Virus record (IMG/VR): IMGVR_UViG_3300045988_107309
DNA: 64,000 bases
Strand: one strand, 5' to 3'
Source of the DNA: a virus
Made by a program: the position numbers and the translations under genes. The notes beneath the pieces are model-generated. The model was not told where the DNA came from, ran no database searches, and saw only the letters and a program-made list of their open reading frames with translations. Shown piece by piece: positions 35,901 through 44,410 of the stretch (position 1 is the first letter of the stretch; each line of letters begins with the position of its first letter).

Positions 35901-36782
35901 ATGGCTTATAAGAGAATAGTAACACAAGACGGTGTTACAGTAATGAATAAAGACCTGTATGACAATCTGCAAGATGGTATTGATGAATCTAAACAGGCAG
36001 TGCAAGACCTTGAAGACAGTGTAGAGGAAAGTTTTAAAGAAGTAGACACTAAGTTGCAAGATTCTGGTGGTATAAAGTTTGATGGTGAAAGAGATATGAT
36101 TATGATTAAGAATCCTTTCACTGGTGAATGGATTGACTGGCAAAGTTCTGGGAAGATTATACTCCCTTCAACTATTACCATTACTACAAATACTCTGGGT
36201 GGTAAACAAGTGACTTGTTTAATAGGAGGTAAAACTTATACCTCAGAGTTCTCTATCATTAGTGGTACTCAAGGTGTTGCAGTGTTTACTGTCTACGAAG
36301 ATGGTGAAGCAGTGATTACCTGTGAAAGCTATACTACTTCTGTCACTATACAGGAAAAAGGTGGAGGAACTTATTCTTTAAATTTAGAAGAAGTAACAGA
36401 ACTTTTATTGTGGGATGGAGAAAATTTTCATAATGGTGCTGAATGGTATAATGGACCAATATGGGGAATAAGATTGGAAACTAATGATTTGCAAAATAAG
36501 AAATTTATTATTCAGACTGGTTCTTCTACAATATCCAATGTTAATTTTGAGTTATTTTTATATAAAGGACCTAATGGATTTATTACTTATTTTGCAGAAG
36601 GAAAATATAGCACCTCTGAAATAACTAATGTTCAAGTATGGTCTAATACAAGATATGAAATATCCATAGAGAAGTGTGTTGAACTTAAAGGAGTAACATC
36701 TGATGGTTTAACCTCATTCTTATTGGGAATGACAGATGAAGTTGACCTTAGAAGGTATGTTACATCTGTTTCGTTAGTGTAA
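35901..36782 (+). CDS. tail fibre protein with compositionally distinct C-terminal domain
   Basis: position; N-terminal coiled segment. GC drops from about 43% to about 25% after roughly 36370. Confidence 0.45.
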   Translation: MAYKRIVTQDGVTVMNKDLYDNLQDGIDESKQAVQDLEDSVEESFKEVDTKLQDSGGIKFDGERDMIMIKNPFTGEWIDWQSSGKIILPSTITITTNTLGGKQVTCLIGGKTYTSEFSIISGTQGVAVFTVYEDGEAVITCESYTTSVTIQEKGGGTYSLNLEEVTELLLWDGENFHNGAEWYNGPIWGIRLETNDLQNKKFIIQTGSSTISNVNFELFLYKGPNGFITYFAEGKYSTSEITNVQVWSNTRYEISIEKCVELKGVTSDGLTSFLLGMTDEVDLRRYVTSVSLV

Positions 36783-36807
36783 AGTTTACAGTTGCTAAAA
36801 GCAAGAA

Positions 36808-36843
36808 AAGATGGTATTCTTAATGGAAGAGTATCATCTTTTC
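36808..36843 (+). terminator. rho-independent terminator
   Basis: 14-bp stem AAGATGGTATTCTT(36808-36821)/AAGAGTATCATCTT(36827-36840) with two G-U pairs, then TTTTC. Confidence 0.7.
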
Positions 36844-36876
36844 AAACTCTAAAATATAAACAGGAGGTAATACAAA

Positions 36877-37458
36877 ATGAAAGAAAACGCAAAAGTCTAT
36901 CAAAAGGACTCTGAGAACCTTGTCTTGAATATGGGTAGTGAGTGTCTTTCTGATGTTCACATGACTGGTGAAATCATTGACACAATCCATTACAAAGACG
37001 GTAGAGTAGAGAAGAGAGTTGGACACAACCTTGTAGTCAACAACTTCTTGAAACTGGTAATGAGTCTTTTAAAGGGCGAAACTGGTTACAAAGGTATTCA
37101 GTACTGGGCTGTTGGTAGTGGTGCTTCAAGTTGGGATAACAGTATGCCGAGTCCTACTATTGATTCCACAAAACTGACTGCTGAGTTAGGAAGAGTGGCA
37201 ATCACAGCAGGTGAGATTAAATTCCTCACACCAGAGTATGAGGTGTCCAGTGTTCCGACAAATATCATTCAGATTACACACACTTTCGGTCCGTCTGATT
37301 GTAATGGTGTGTGGAGAGAGTTTGGTATCTTCGGTGGTAATGCTACTGCTACAAAAGATTCCGGTCTGATGATTAACAAACGTCACCATGCAATTATCAC
37401 TAAGACCGAGGAAATGACGATTGAGCGTGTAATGCGTTTCACTCTGAATTTAGTATAA
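36877..37458 (+). CDS. hypothetical structural protein upstream of the DGR target
   Basis: RBS CAGGAGGTAA; no motif recognised. Confidence 0.45.
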   Translation: MKENAKVYQKDSENLVLNMGSECLSDVHMTGEIIDTIHYKDGRVEKRVGHNLVVNNFLKLVMSLLKGETGYKGIQYWAVGSGASSWDNSMPSPTIDSTKLTAELGRVAITAGEIKFLTPEYEVSSVPTNIIQITHTFGPSDCNGVWREFGIFGGNATATKDSGLMINKRHHAIITKTEEMTIERVMRFTLNLV

Positions 37459-37477
37459 TTAAAGGAGGAAATATAGA

Positions 37478-39370
37478 ATGGCAAGTTTTGATAAGTATTC
37501 AAACTACAAAGACAATGCCGGAGTGTCTGGTGTTGTTTTTGGTGCTGAAAAACCTATCCTTGAAGTAGAAATGAATGAGGTGCAGGAAGTTCAGAAGAGT
37601 ATGCTCCGCAAAGCCATTAAGAATCTTATGGGTGATGGTATCACTGACCTCAGTAAGATTGTGTATGAGGGTGGAGCAGTAAAAGTAAAAGAGGGTTGTG
37701 CTTTAGCAGTTGATGGTTACATGATTGAAAGCACTGGACTCTCTCTTACAGCTTCAAGCGGAACTGTTTATCTTCAAGTGTGGGAAGAGACAGCTACTTA
37801 CAGTGACACACTGAAAGAGGAAGGAAATCAGCAGGATAGTGTTACTGTAGCAAACTGGTTTAAAGACAATCGTTCTGACGCAGAGACTTCCAGACGTAAG
37901 GTTGTTAAATACAATCTGGCTTCTTCTACAGACAGTAATAAACATAATCTGGCTATTGCAAGTGTAGCTGATGGTGTTATGACAAGACTGTGTAAGGAGA
38001 TTAGCTTTAGCAGTCTTTCCAGTCAAGTGATTGACCTTAGAGTACAGATGGGTACTTACGGTGAGGGTGTTCTGGGTGTTGAAGTAGACCTTGAGAATAA
38101 CTCTGTTGTAAGAACAGGTGACAATCAGTACTGGTCTCCGGGAGCAGATTATGACAACTCTCCTATCTATGGTGGTAGAAAAAGATGTGTTGTAAAAGAT
38201 GACGGAACGATTGTAGCTTTCTATGGTGAAGAGGGTTACACAGAGACAGGTGCTTTGACTGTAGCAGTAGGAGAAAATGTAGTAGGTACTAAAGTACAGT
38301 GTATGGTTATGCAACCTGCTTTCTACTACAAGAGAATCCCTCTCAAACTTGAGAAACAGGTTGATGACACCTATCAAGTTAAAGGCTATCACATGACTAA
38401 GTGGGTTGACCTTATCAGTCCTGTAAGCAGAGACGGATTTAGTCTTCACCCGGCATTTAAGAAAGGTGACACAGAGATTGCTTACTATCTGATTGGAGAG
38501 AATGATGGCTGTCTTGAGAACTCAAGCGGTTATGATATGAATGACAACACTGTTACTCTTGGTTCTTCTCCTTACAGTGGTATTAAGATGGCTTCTATTG
38601 CAGGTGCTAAACCTGCCAGTGGTGCTTCTGCCGGAAGTACTAAGAACAACAGTCTTACAAGAGACGCAGTAAGAAAAGTGTGTGCAAACAGAGGAACAGG
38701 TTGGCAACAGCTTGACTTCACTATTGCAAGTGCAGAGCAGATGTTATTCGTGGTAGAGTATTCTACTTTTAACATTCAAGCTATCACTACTTTCGGCAGT
38801 GGTGTTACAGATATGCCTTATGTAACTAATGTAAATGACTCCATTCCTAACCCGACTAACACAGCACTGGGTAATGGAAGTGGTAAGATTGAAGTTACTT
38901 ACACACACTCCAATGGAACAGAGTACACAAAGTATGTTCCTGTTTACAGAGGTGTTAAGAATCCTTTCGGTAACATCTGGAAGTTTGTTGATGGTTTCCT
39001 TAGAAAACATTCTGCCGGAACTGATAAGAACGAAGCATTTTGGCAGGACGGAAGTAAAGCCTTTTCTGACGCTATTGCAGACTATATTGCCTGTGGATTT
39101 AGCTGTGCTACAGCAGAGGGTTATGTTAAAGCATTTGGTTATGATGAAAATTGTGACTGGTGCTATATGACCTCTTTAACAGGTGGAGACAGTAGCAAAC
39201 CTGTAGGTGATTACTATTGGGTTAATATGAGTAGTAATAACCTCTATATTGCCCTATTGGGTGCGTATTGGGATAATGGTGCGCAGGCTGGGTTGTTCTA
39301 TTGGACTCTGCATGATGTGGCTTCTTATCGTGATTGTATTATCGGCGGCCGCTTGTGCAGAAAAGCGTAA
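37478..39370 (+). CDS. DGR target (variable) protein, probable receptor-binding tail fibre with C-terminal C-type-lectin-fold variable region
   Basis: the last 40 codons contain the VR, and the matching TR codons are AAT-rich (TLLGTNWNNGTNTELFYWNLNNVASNRNCNISDH). The C-terminal ...IIGGRLCRKA ending is typical of CLec-type DGR targets. Confidence 0.8.
   Translation: MASFDKYSNYKDNAGVSGVVFGAEKPILEVEMNEVQEVQKSMLRKAIKNLMGDGITDLSKIVYEGGAVKVKEGCALAVDGYMIESTGLSLTASSGTVYLQVWEETATYSDTLKEEGNQQDSVTVANWFKDNRSDAETSRRKVVKYNLASSTDSNKHNLAIASVADGVMTRLCKEISFSSLSSQVIDLRVQMGTYGEGVLGVEVDLENNSVVRTGDNQYWSPGADYDNSPIYGGRKRCVVKDDGTIVAFYGEEGYTETGALTVAVGENVVGTKVQCMVMQPAFYYKRIPLKLEKQVDDTYQVKGYHMTKWVDLISPVSRDGFSLHPAFKKGDTEIAYYLIGENDGCLENSSGYDMNDNTVTLGSSPYSGIKMASIAGAKPASGASAGSTKNNSLTRDAVRKVCANRGTGWQQLDFTIASAEQMLFVVEYSTFNIQAITTFGSGVTDMPYVTNVNDSIPNPTNTALGNGSGKIEVTYTHSNGTEYTKYVPVYRGVKNPFGNIWKFVDGFLRKHSAGTDKNEAFWQDGSKAFSDAIADYIACGFSCATAEGYVKAFGYDENCDWCYMTSLTGGDSSKPVGDYYWVNMSSNNLYIALLGAYWDNGAQAGLFYWTLHDVASYRDCIIGGRLCRKA
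39249..39354 (+). repeat. DGR variable repeat (VR)
   Basis: 106-nt gap-free alignment with TR (offset 336 nt); 18 mismatches, 17 at TR adenines. Confidence 0.85.
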
Positions 39371-39407
39371 TCACTAAAAATATTGAAGAAAGGAGAAGCT
39401 ATTCTTC

Positions 39408-39436
39408 TTTACAAAACACTTCATAAAGGTTATAAT
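39408..39436 (+). promoter_or_regulatory. promoter for the TR-RT transcript
   Basis: TTTACA (39408-39413), 17 nt, TATAAT (39431-39436), 38 nt after the target stop codon. Confidence 0.55.
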
Positions 39437-39584
39437 GTAGTCGGTGAATGTAACGAAACACTACACCACCAAAACAGGTAAAGATTTGGGTTATAAGCGG
39501 TCAAGACATTACACAGATATTCTCTTGCCACCAACAGTACACATGGAATACTTGGACACTCAGTAATTTGGGTGTTCCAAGTAT

Positions 39585-39690
39585 TTACCCTATTGGGTAC
39601 GAATTGGAATAATGGTACGAATACTGAGTTGTTCTATTGGAATCTGAATAATGTGGCTTCTAATCGTAATTGTAATATCAGCGACCACTT
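39585..39690 (+). repeat. DGR template repeat (TR)
   Basis: non-coding copy of the VR containing about 31 adenines, 17 of them substituted in the VR; located 230 nt upstream of the RT ATG. Confidence 0.85.
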
Positions 39691-39919
39691 CACGGCACTG
39701 TACTCAGTTTCGGAAGTGTTTACTTTTGAAATAAATTAAAATCCGTGTAACTTCTTTACCTTACCTCTCTAACGTGGGTTAGGTCATTAGTGTTAAATGA
39801 CACAAGTATGATGGTAGAACATATAGTGTTTCACGACAGCAATAAGTCTTGTTGGTAGCTGATGAAAGATTGTACACCTTTATAAGCGTTTGAAGATTAG
39901 ACTTTGGAGTACATGGAAA

Positions 39920-41071
39920 ATGAAGCGTCACCTGTACCCTTTAGACCCTGTGACTGGGAAAGAAGATAGGACGCTTACAATATGGGAGAGAATTTGTTCC
40001 ATAGAAAACTTGAGACTTGCACACAAAAATGCGAGTAAAGGTAAACATTGGTACAAAGAGGTTCGTGACTTTGATAAAGACCCAGAGAAGTACTTGAAAC
40101 AGATACAGGATATGTTAGTGTCAAGGACTTACTCACCACTTCCTTATGAGAGATTCACAAGAAAAGAACGTGGTAAAGAAAGAGTTATCTACAAGTCACG
40201 ATACTTCCCAGAAAGAGTTATACAGTGGGCTGTCTTACAGGTTATATCTCCTATCCTCTTGAGACAACTTATCTATGACACATACTCGGCAATTCCAGAT
40301 AGAGGTATTCATCTGGCATTTAAAAGAGTTAGGAGTGATATACAGAGTGATGTTGAAGGAACGAAGTACTGTTTAAAGATGGACGTTAAGAAATTCTATC
40401 CGTCAATAGACAGAGAAATTCTTCTGAATGATTATCACAGGATATTTAAAGATGAAGGACTACTGTGGTATCTCGATTTAAACATTACAAAGTCTCCCGA
40501 TACTGGTATTCCGATTGGTAACTACTTATCACAATTCAGTGGCAACTTTTATTTATCACCTTTCGACCACTGGATAAAAGAAGTTAAGGGTGTGAAGTAC
40601 TATTACAGATATATGGACGATATTGTTATCCTCCATTCCTCAAAAGAGTACTTGCAAGAACTAAAATGGGAGATTATAAAATACATGAGGGAAGAAAGAC
40701 ACCTTACAATCAAGGACAATTATCAAGTATTCCCTGTAGCAAAAAGAGGAGTAGATTTTGTCGGGTACAGAGTGTTCCCGGATTTTGTGTTATTAAGAGC
40801 GTCTACTGCTAAGAACATGAAGTCAAAGATGGCTAAGATTCTCAGAAAAGTAGAAAGCGGAACAGAAATGTCTTACTCTGATTATTGTTGTATCAATTCT
40901 TATAAAGGTTGGCTGTCATATTGCAATAGTTACAGATTGTACACTAAGTACTTTAAACCTTTAGAGAAACCTGTGGAGGAGTATTACAATAAACACTTAA
41001 AGAATGGAGGAAAGAAAGCCAATGAAAACAATGGAAAATGTTCAGTCAACAGTAAAACCAAAGGAAGTTGA
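39920..41071 (+). CDS. DGR-type reverse transcriptase
   Basis: RT motifs including YRYMDDIVIL (YxDD) and the DGR-typical IGNYLSQFSGNFYL (SQ motif). ATG 39920 is the first ATG; the track ORF starts at TTG 39890. Confidence 0.85.
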   Translation: MKRHLYPLDPVTGKEDRTLTIWERICSIENLRLAHKNASKGKHWYKEVRDFDKDPEKYLKQIQDMLVSRTYSPLPYERFTRKERGKERVIYKSRYFPERVIQWAVLQVISPILLRQLIYDTYSAIPDRGIHLAFKRVRSDIQSDVEGTKYCLKMDVKKFYPSIDREILLNDYHRIFKDEGLLWYLDLNITKSPDTGIPIGNYLSQFSGNFYLSPFDHWIKEVKGVKYYYRYMDDIVILHSSKEYLQELKWEIIKYMREERHLTIKDNYQVFPVAKRGVDFVGYRVFPDFVLLRASTAKNMKSKMAKILRKVESGTEMSYSDYCCINSYKGWLSYCNSYRLYTKYFKPLEKPVEEYYNKHLKNGGKKANENNGKCSVNSKTKGS

Positions 41072-41315
41072 GTATGATGGCAACCATGTGTATGTGAATA
41101 CCAACGTCAAAGAAGTTCCAGAGAGTGAAAGAGTGGCTGAAAAAGAGCAGTTGGAAGACGGTCAAGAATTAGTTCCTCTGTACTCTTACACTGTGCAGGA
41201 GTATGAGAAAGACGAGTTTTTAACCGCACTATCCGCAGGGCAGGTTACTCTTAATGAGAGAGCAACTGCTATGGAGGATATGATTTTGGAAATGAGTGAG
41301 GTTGTCTATGCTTAG
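41022..41315 (+). CDS. hypothetical acidic protein
   Basis: ATG 41022 after GGAGGAAAG; overlaps the RT 3' end. Confidence 0.4.
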   Translation: MKTMENVQSTVKPKEVEYDGNHVYVNTNVKEVPESERVAEKEQLEDGQELVPLYSYTVQEYEKDEFLTALSAGQVTLNERATAMEDMILEMSEVVYA

Positions 41316-41367
41316 TGTATTAGACCGACTTCGCCTTTTCATAACTTTTGGAAAGGAGGGAGACACC

Positions 41368-41511
41368 ATGATTGCAATGCTTTGGGCACAGAGAATTATG
41401 AATGGCAAGAAGACTTATGATGAAGTTCCAAGACTGTTAAAAGAGCAGGTTAAGGAAATTCTGATTGAGAGTGGTGTAGAGTTTCTGATTACAGAAACAC
41501 CTGCACAGTAA
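41368..41511 (+). CDS. small phage protein (CD1375/XkdX-like), paralogue 1
   Basis: ATG 41368 after GGAGGGAG; MIAMLWAQRIMNGKKTYDEVPRLLKEQVKEIL. Confidence 0.5.
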   Translation: MIAMLWAQRIMNGKKTYDEVPRLLKEQVKEILIESGVEFLITETPAQ

Positions 41512-41541
41512 CACCACAACAGCATAAGGAGGTAAATACCT

Positions 41542-41679
41542 ATGAAGACTATTTCAATCCTTTGGGCTGATAAGATTATCGCAGGAGACAGGACTTATGC
41601 TCAAGTTCCTGCACAGCTCAAAGATGAAGTAAAACAGGCTTTGACAGAGAAAGGTCATGCCAAACTTGCTAAAGCCTAA
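41542..41679 (+). CDS. small phage protein (CD1375/XkdX-like), paralogue 2
   Basis: 45-aa ORF not in the track; AGGAGGTAAATACC RBS; ILWADKIIAGDRTYAQVPAQLKDEVKQAL aligns with paralogue 1. Confidence 0.5.
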   Translation: MKTISILWADKIIAGDRTYAQVPAQLKDEVKQALTEKGHAKLAKA

Positions 41680-41685
41680 GTGCAT

Positions 41686-41723
41686 AAAGACCTTTGAATT
41701 TTAATAATTCAGAGGTCTTTTTG
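41686..41723 (+). terminator. rho-independent terminator ending the structural/DGR operon
   Basis: 14-bp stem AAAGACCTTTGAAT(41686-41699)/ATTCAGAGGTCTTT(41707-41720), then TTGTG. Confidence 0.8.
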
Positions 41724-41786
41724 TGTAGACATAGCTTTCTTAATGTGGTATTATTTAATAAGCAACTTAAAGAGAGGAGAACTGTG

Positions 41787-42389
41787 ATGGATAAATCTTT
41801 GTTAGATTTACTTTCAGAAGTAACTGGTGTTCAGTTACTCATGGCTATTCTCTTGATAATTGCTCTTATTGTTCTGGCTCTAACACAAAAGCAGAAAATA
41901 TCGAAGTATTTAAACAAGTGGAGAAAGACTAAAAACGAAGAAGAAGACTTTCATGCTCTGGTTTATGAATTGAAAAACTCTATGATAGAGTTGGGGAAGA
42001 AGATTGAGGAAAATCGTACTGAAAGAGAAAATGAGAGAACTCACGACAGAGAGGACTCAAGAAAAATTCGTAAAGAAATGTATGAGGTAATGAACAGACA
42101 GTCACAACAGATTGAAAAACAGTCTGGACAGATTGAGGAATTAAAGAACATTACCCTCGAAATTCAAAAGAAAAATTCAGAAACAAAAAGGGCAGAAATC
42201 AAAGAGAAGATTGAGCGTATTTACAGGGAGTGCCACCCGGCTATGTGTTGTACAGATATGCAGTTTGAGACATTAAAAGACCTCATAGAACAGTATGAGA
42301 AACATGATGGGGATAACTCTTTTGTACATAGCACTGTACAGAAAGAAATGTACTCATGGCAGATTATCAAAGAAATAAAGAGTCTTTAA
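41787..42389 (+). CDS. membrane-anchored coiled-coil protein (lysis module)
   Basis: ATG 41787 after GAGAGGAGAA; the track N-terminus spans the terminator; N-terminal TM LLMAILLIIALIVLAL. Confidence 0.5.
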   Translation: MDKSLLDLLSEVTGVQLLMAILLIIALIVLALTQKQKISKYLNKWRKTKNEEEDFHALVYELKNSMIELGKKIEENRTERENERTHDREDSRKIRKEMYEVMNRQSQQIEKQSGQIEELKNITLEIQKKNSETKRAEIKEKIERIYRECHPAMCCTDMQFETLKDLIEQYEKHDGDNSFVHSTVQKEMYSWQIIKEIKSL

Positions 42390-42423
42390 GACCTTTATAA
42401 ATTAAGAAAAGGAGGTAACTATC

Positions 42424-42783
42424 ATGGCAAATGTAATGGAAATGATTATTCAGTATTCTTCGGTGATTTTAGCAATTATCGCAGGTATCTGTATTCTTGT
42501 TTCTGTCATCACCGAATTTACTAAGGAGATTGGTTTCTTGAATAAGATTCCGACTACCTTACAGGTACTCTTCCTGTCCTTAGTAATTTGCATTGTGGGA
42601 TTCTTCGCTTATATCTCTTATGCGAACATCACTTTTGTCTGGTACTATTTAGTGGCTGTTATTTTTGCAAGTTTCATTGTAGCCATTATCTGTGCTAAAG
42701 GGTGGGATTATTTTATGGACATTGTGAAGAGATATTATAGAAAAGAACTGCCGGGAGATACAGAAGAGAAACCGACTGAATAA
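42424..42783 (+). CDS. holin
   Basis: 119 aa, three hydrophobic helices, charged C-terminus, immediately upstream of the endolysin. Confidence 0.65.
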   Translation: MANVMEMIIQYSSVILAIIAGICILVSVITEFTKEIGFLNKIPTTLQVLFLSLVICIVGFFAYISYANITFVWYYLVAVIFASFIVAIICAKGWDYFMDIVKRYYRKELPGDTEEKPTE

Positions 42784-42854
42784 TAAATACAGACACATGA
42801 GGGCAGACTTAACGGTTTGCCCTTTTGTAAATACAAATAAAGGAGGATAACACA

Positions 42855-44294
42855 TTGACAAAACAGGAATTTATTCAACAAATTGCAAAGTATGTCAAAA
42901 AGTATGCTAACTCTTATGGAATCAAGGTACACAGTCCTATTATTGCACAGGCAATCTTAGAAAGTGGTTGGGGTGAGAGTAGACTTGCTTCTCAATACCA
43001 TAACTACTTTGGTTTAAAGTGTGGTACTAAGTGGACTGGAAAGAGTGTGAACATGACTACTCAAGAAGAGTATGAACCGGGAACACTTACCACAATCAAA
43101 GACAATTTCCGTGTGTATGATAACATGGAAGAGGGTGTTAAAGGTTACTTTGAGTTCATTCAGTTAGCGAGATACCAGAATCTTAAAGGTATCACTGACC
43201 CGAAAAAGTATCTTGAGACAATCAAGGCTGATGGGTATGCAACAAGTAGTTCCTATGTAACTAACACTTACAAATTGGTGGAACAGTATAACTTAACTCA
43301 GTATGACACAGAAGGAGGAAGTAGTGTTATGGGTAAGACAGCACAAGACATTTTGAACGTAATGAGAAGTTGGCTTGGATTTAGTGAGTCCAATGGTAAA
43401 TTCAAACAGATTATTGACCTGTACAACAGTGTGAAACCTTTGCCGAGAGGTTATGCTGTAAAGTACACAGACGAGTGGTGTGACACTTGTGTTTCAGCCG
43501 CAGGAATTAAAGCAGGGTGTTCTGATTTAATTAGTAGAGAGTGTGGTTGTGAACAGCACGTTAAAATCTTCAAAGAAAAGGGAATCTGGATTGAAGATGG
43601 TACAATTACACCTAAACCGGGTGATGTTATTCTTTACAACTGGGATGACGCAACTCAGCCTAATGATGGTTATTCAGACCACATTGGTTATGTAGAAGCT
43701 GTTTCTGGCAATACTATTACTGTCATTGAGGGTAACAAGAATGAAGCAGTAGCAAGACGTTCCATTCCTGTAGGTTGGGGTTATATCAGAGGTTATGCAA
43801 GACCTAAGTATGCGTCTGGTGGTTCTTCTGTTACTCCTACACCTCCGAAAAAGACTATTGATGAAATCGCTCAAGATGTTATCAAGGGTGTTTATGGTAA
43901 TGGTGACGCTCGTAGAAATGCTTTAAAAGCACTTGGTTATGACCCAGACGAGGTACAAATCAGAGTTAATGAGATTCTCAAAGGTAACTCTTCTAAACCG
44001 TCAATGAGTATTGTAGAAGTAGCTAAAAAAGTTATTGCCGGAGAATACGGTAATGGTTCTGAACGCAGAAAGAAACTTGCTTCTGAGGGATATGACCCTG
44101 ATGAAGTACAGGCAGAAGTAAACAGACAGTTAGAGAACAAAGGTACTTCTGTTCAGTATTACACTGTACAGCCGGGAGATAATCTCACTGTGATTGCTAA
44201 AAAGTATGGCACTACAGTTAATAAACTTGTTAGCTTGAATGGTATTGCTAATAAGAACCTTATCTATGTAGGTCAGAAACTCAGAGTTAAATAA
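42855..44294 (+). CDS. multidomain endolysin (GH73 glucosaminidase + CHAP + 2x CW_7 + LysM)
   Basis: [26 protein letters not shown] (GH73); [12 protein letters not shown]...SDHIGYV (CHAP Cys/His); two [24 protein letters not shown]-type repeats; C-terminal [29 protein letters not shown] (LysM); TTG start after AAGGAGGA. Confidence 0.85.
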   Translation: MTKQEFIQQIAKYVKKYANSYGIKVHSPIIAQAILESGWGESRLASQYHNYFGLKCGTKWTGKSVNMTTQEEYEPGTLTTIKDNFRVYDNMEEGVKGYFEFIQLARYQNLKGITDPKKYLETIKADGYATSSSYVTNTYKLVEQYNLTQYDTEGGSSVMGKTAQDILNVMRSWLGFSESNGKFKQIIDLYNSVKPLPRGYAVKYTDEWCDTCVSAAGIKAGCSDLISRECGCEQHVKIFKEKGIWIEDGTITPKPGDVILYNWDDATQPNDGYSDHIGYVEAVSGNTITVIEGNKNEAVARRSIPVGWGYIRGYARPKYASGGSSVTPTPPKKTIDEIAQDVIKGVYGNGDARRNALKALGYDPDEVQIRVNEILKGNSSKPSMSIVEVAKKVIAGEYGNGSERRKKLASEGYDPDEVQAEVNRQLENKGTSVQYYTVQPGDNLTVIAKKYGTTVNKLVSLNGIANKNLIYVGQKLRVK

Positions 44295-44370
44295 GGAGCG
44301 TGGCTCTGCATTACCTCTGTAATAATAGTTATTTAATATATTATATAATTAAATAGTTATTTATATTAAA

Positions 44371-44410
44371 GACGTTATGGACTGTGGAAGTCTGTAGCGT
44401 CTTTGTCTTT
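44371..44410 (+). terminator. rho-independent terminator after the lysis module
   Basis: 12-bp stem GACGTTATGGAC(44371-44382)/GTCTGTAGCGTC(44390-44401) with G-U pairs, then TTTGTCTTT. Confidence 0.6.

Larger units (their letters stand above)
37478..41071 (+). mobile_element. diversity-generating retroelement cassette (target-VR, promoter, TR, RT)
   Basis: VR/TR pair with adenine-specific differences plus an adjacent DGR-type RT. Confidence 0.85.

Noticed and set aside
36877-39248. Search for a second VR (additional DGR target) in neighbouring fibre genes
   Set aside because: Reading by eye, I found no other stretch resembling the TR beyond 9-10-nt chance matches (for example gttctattgg at about 5696). 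A computational TR-versus-genome alignment would be needed to exclude one.
39371-39584. Small ORFs between VR and TR that could encode an accessory protein
   Set aside because: The ATGs at about 39434, 39447 and 39543 run into stops within 1-8 codons. Nothing of at least 60 aa exists on either strand.
41022-41315. Candidate Avd accessory gene of the DGR (small ORF adjacent to the RT)
   Set aside because: The protein is strongly acidic (many D/E). Avd proteins are basic four-helix bundles. The location downstream of the RT is also atypical.
41694-41786. N-terminal extensions of several track ORFs (41694, 5800, 1429, 8222, 10410, 12963, 20635, 24507, 48626, 49434, 49813, 53779, 57421, 58318, 61565)
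   Set aside because: The extensions overlap upstream genes or span terminator hairpins and lack an RBS. An internal ATG/GTG/TTG with a GGAGG-type RBS at 5-10 nt is present in each case, so the starts were moved.
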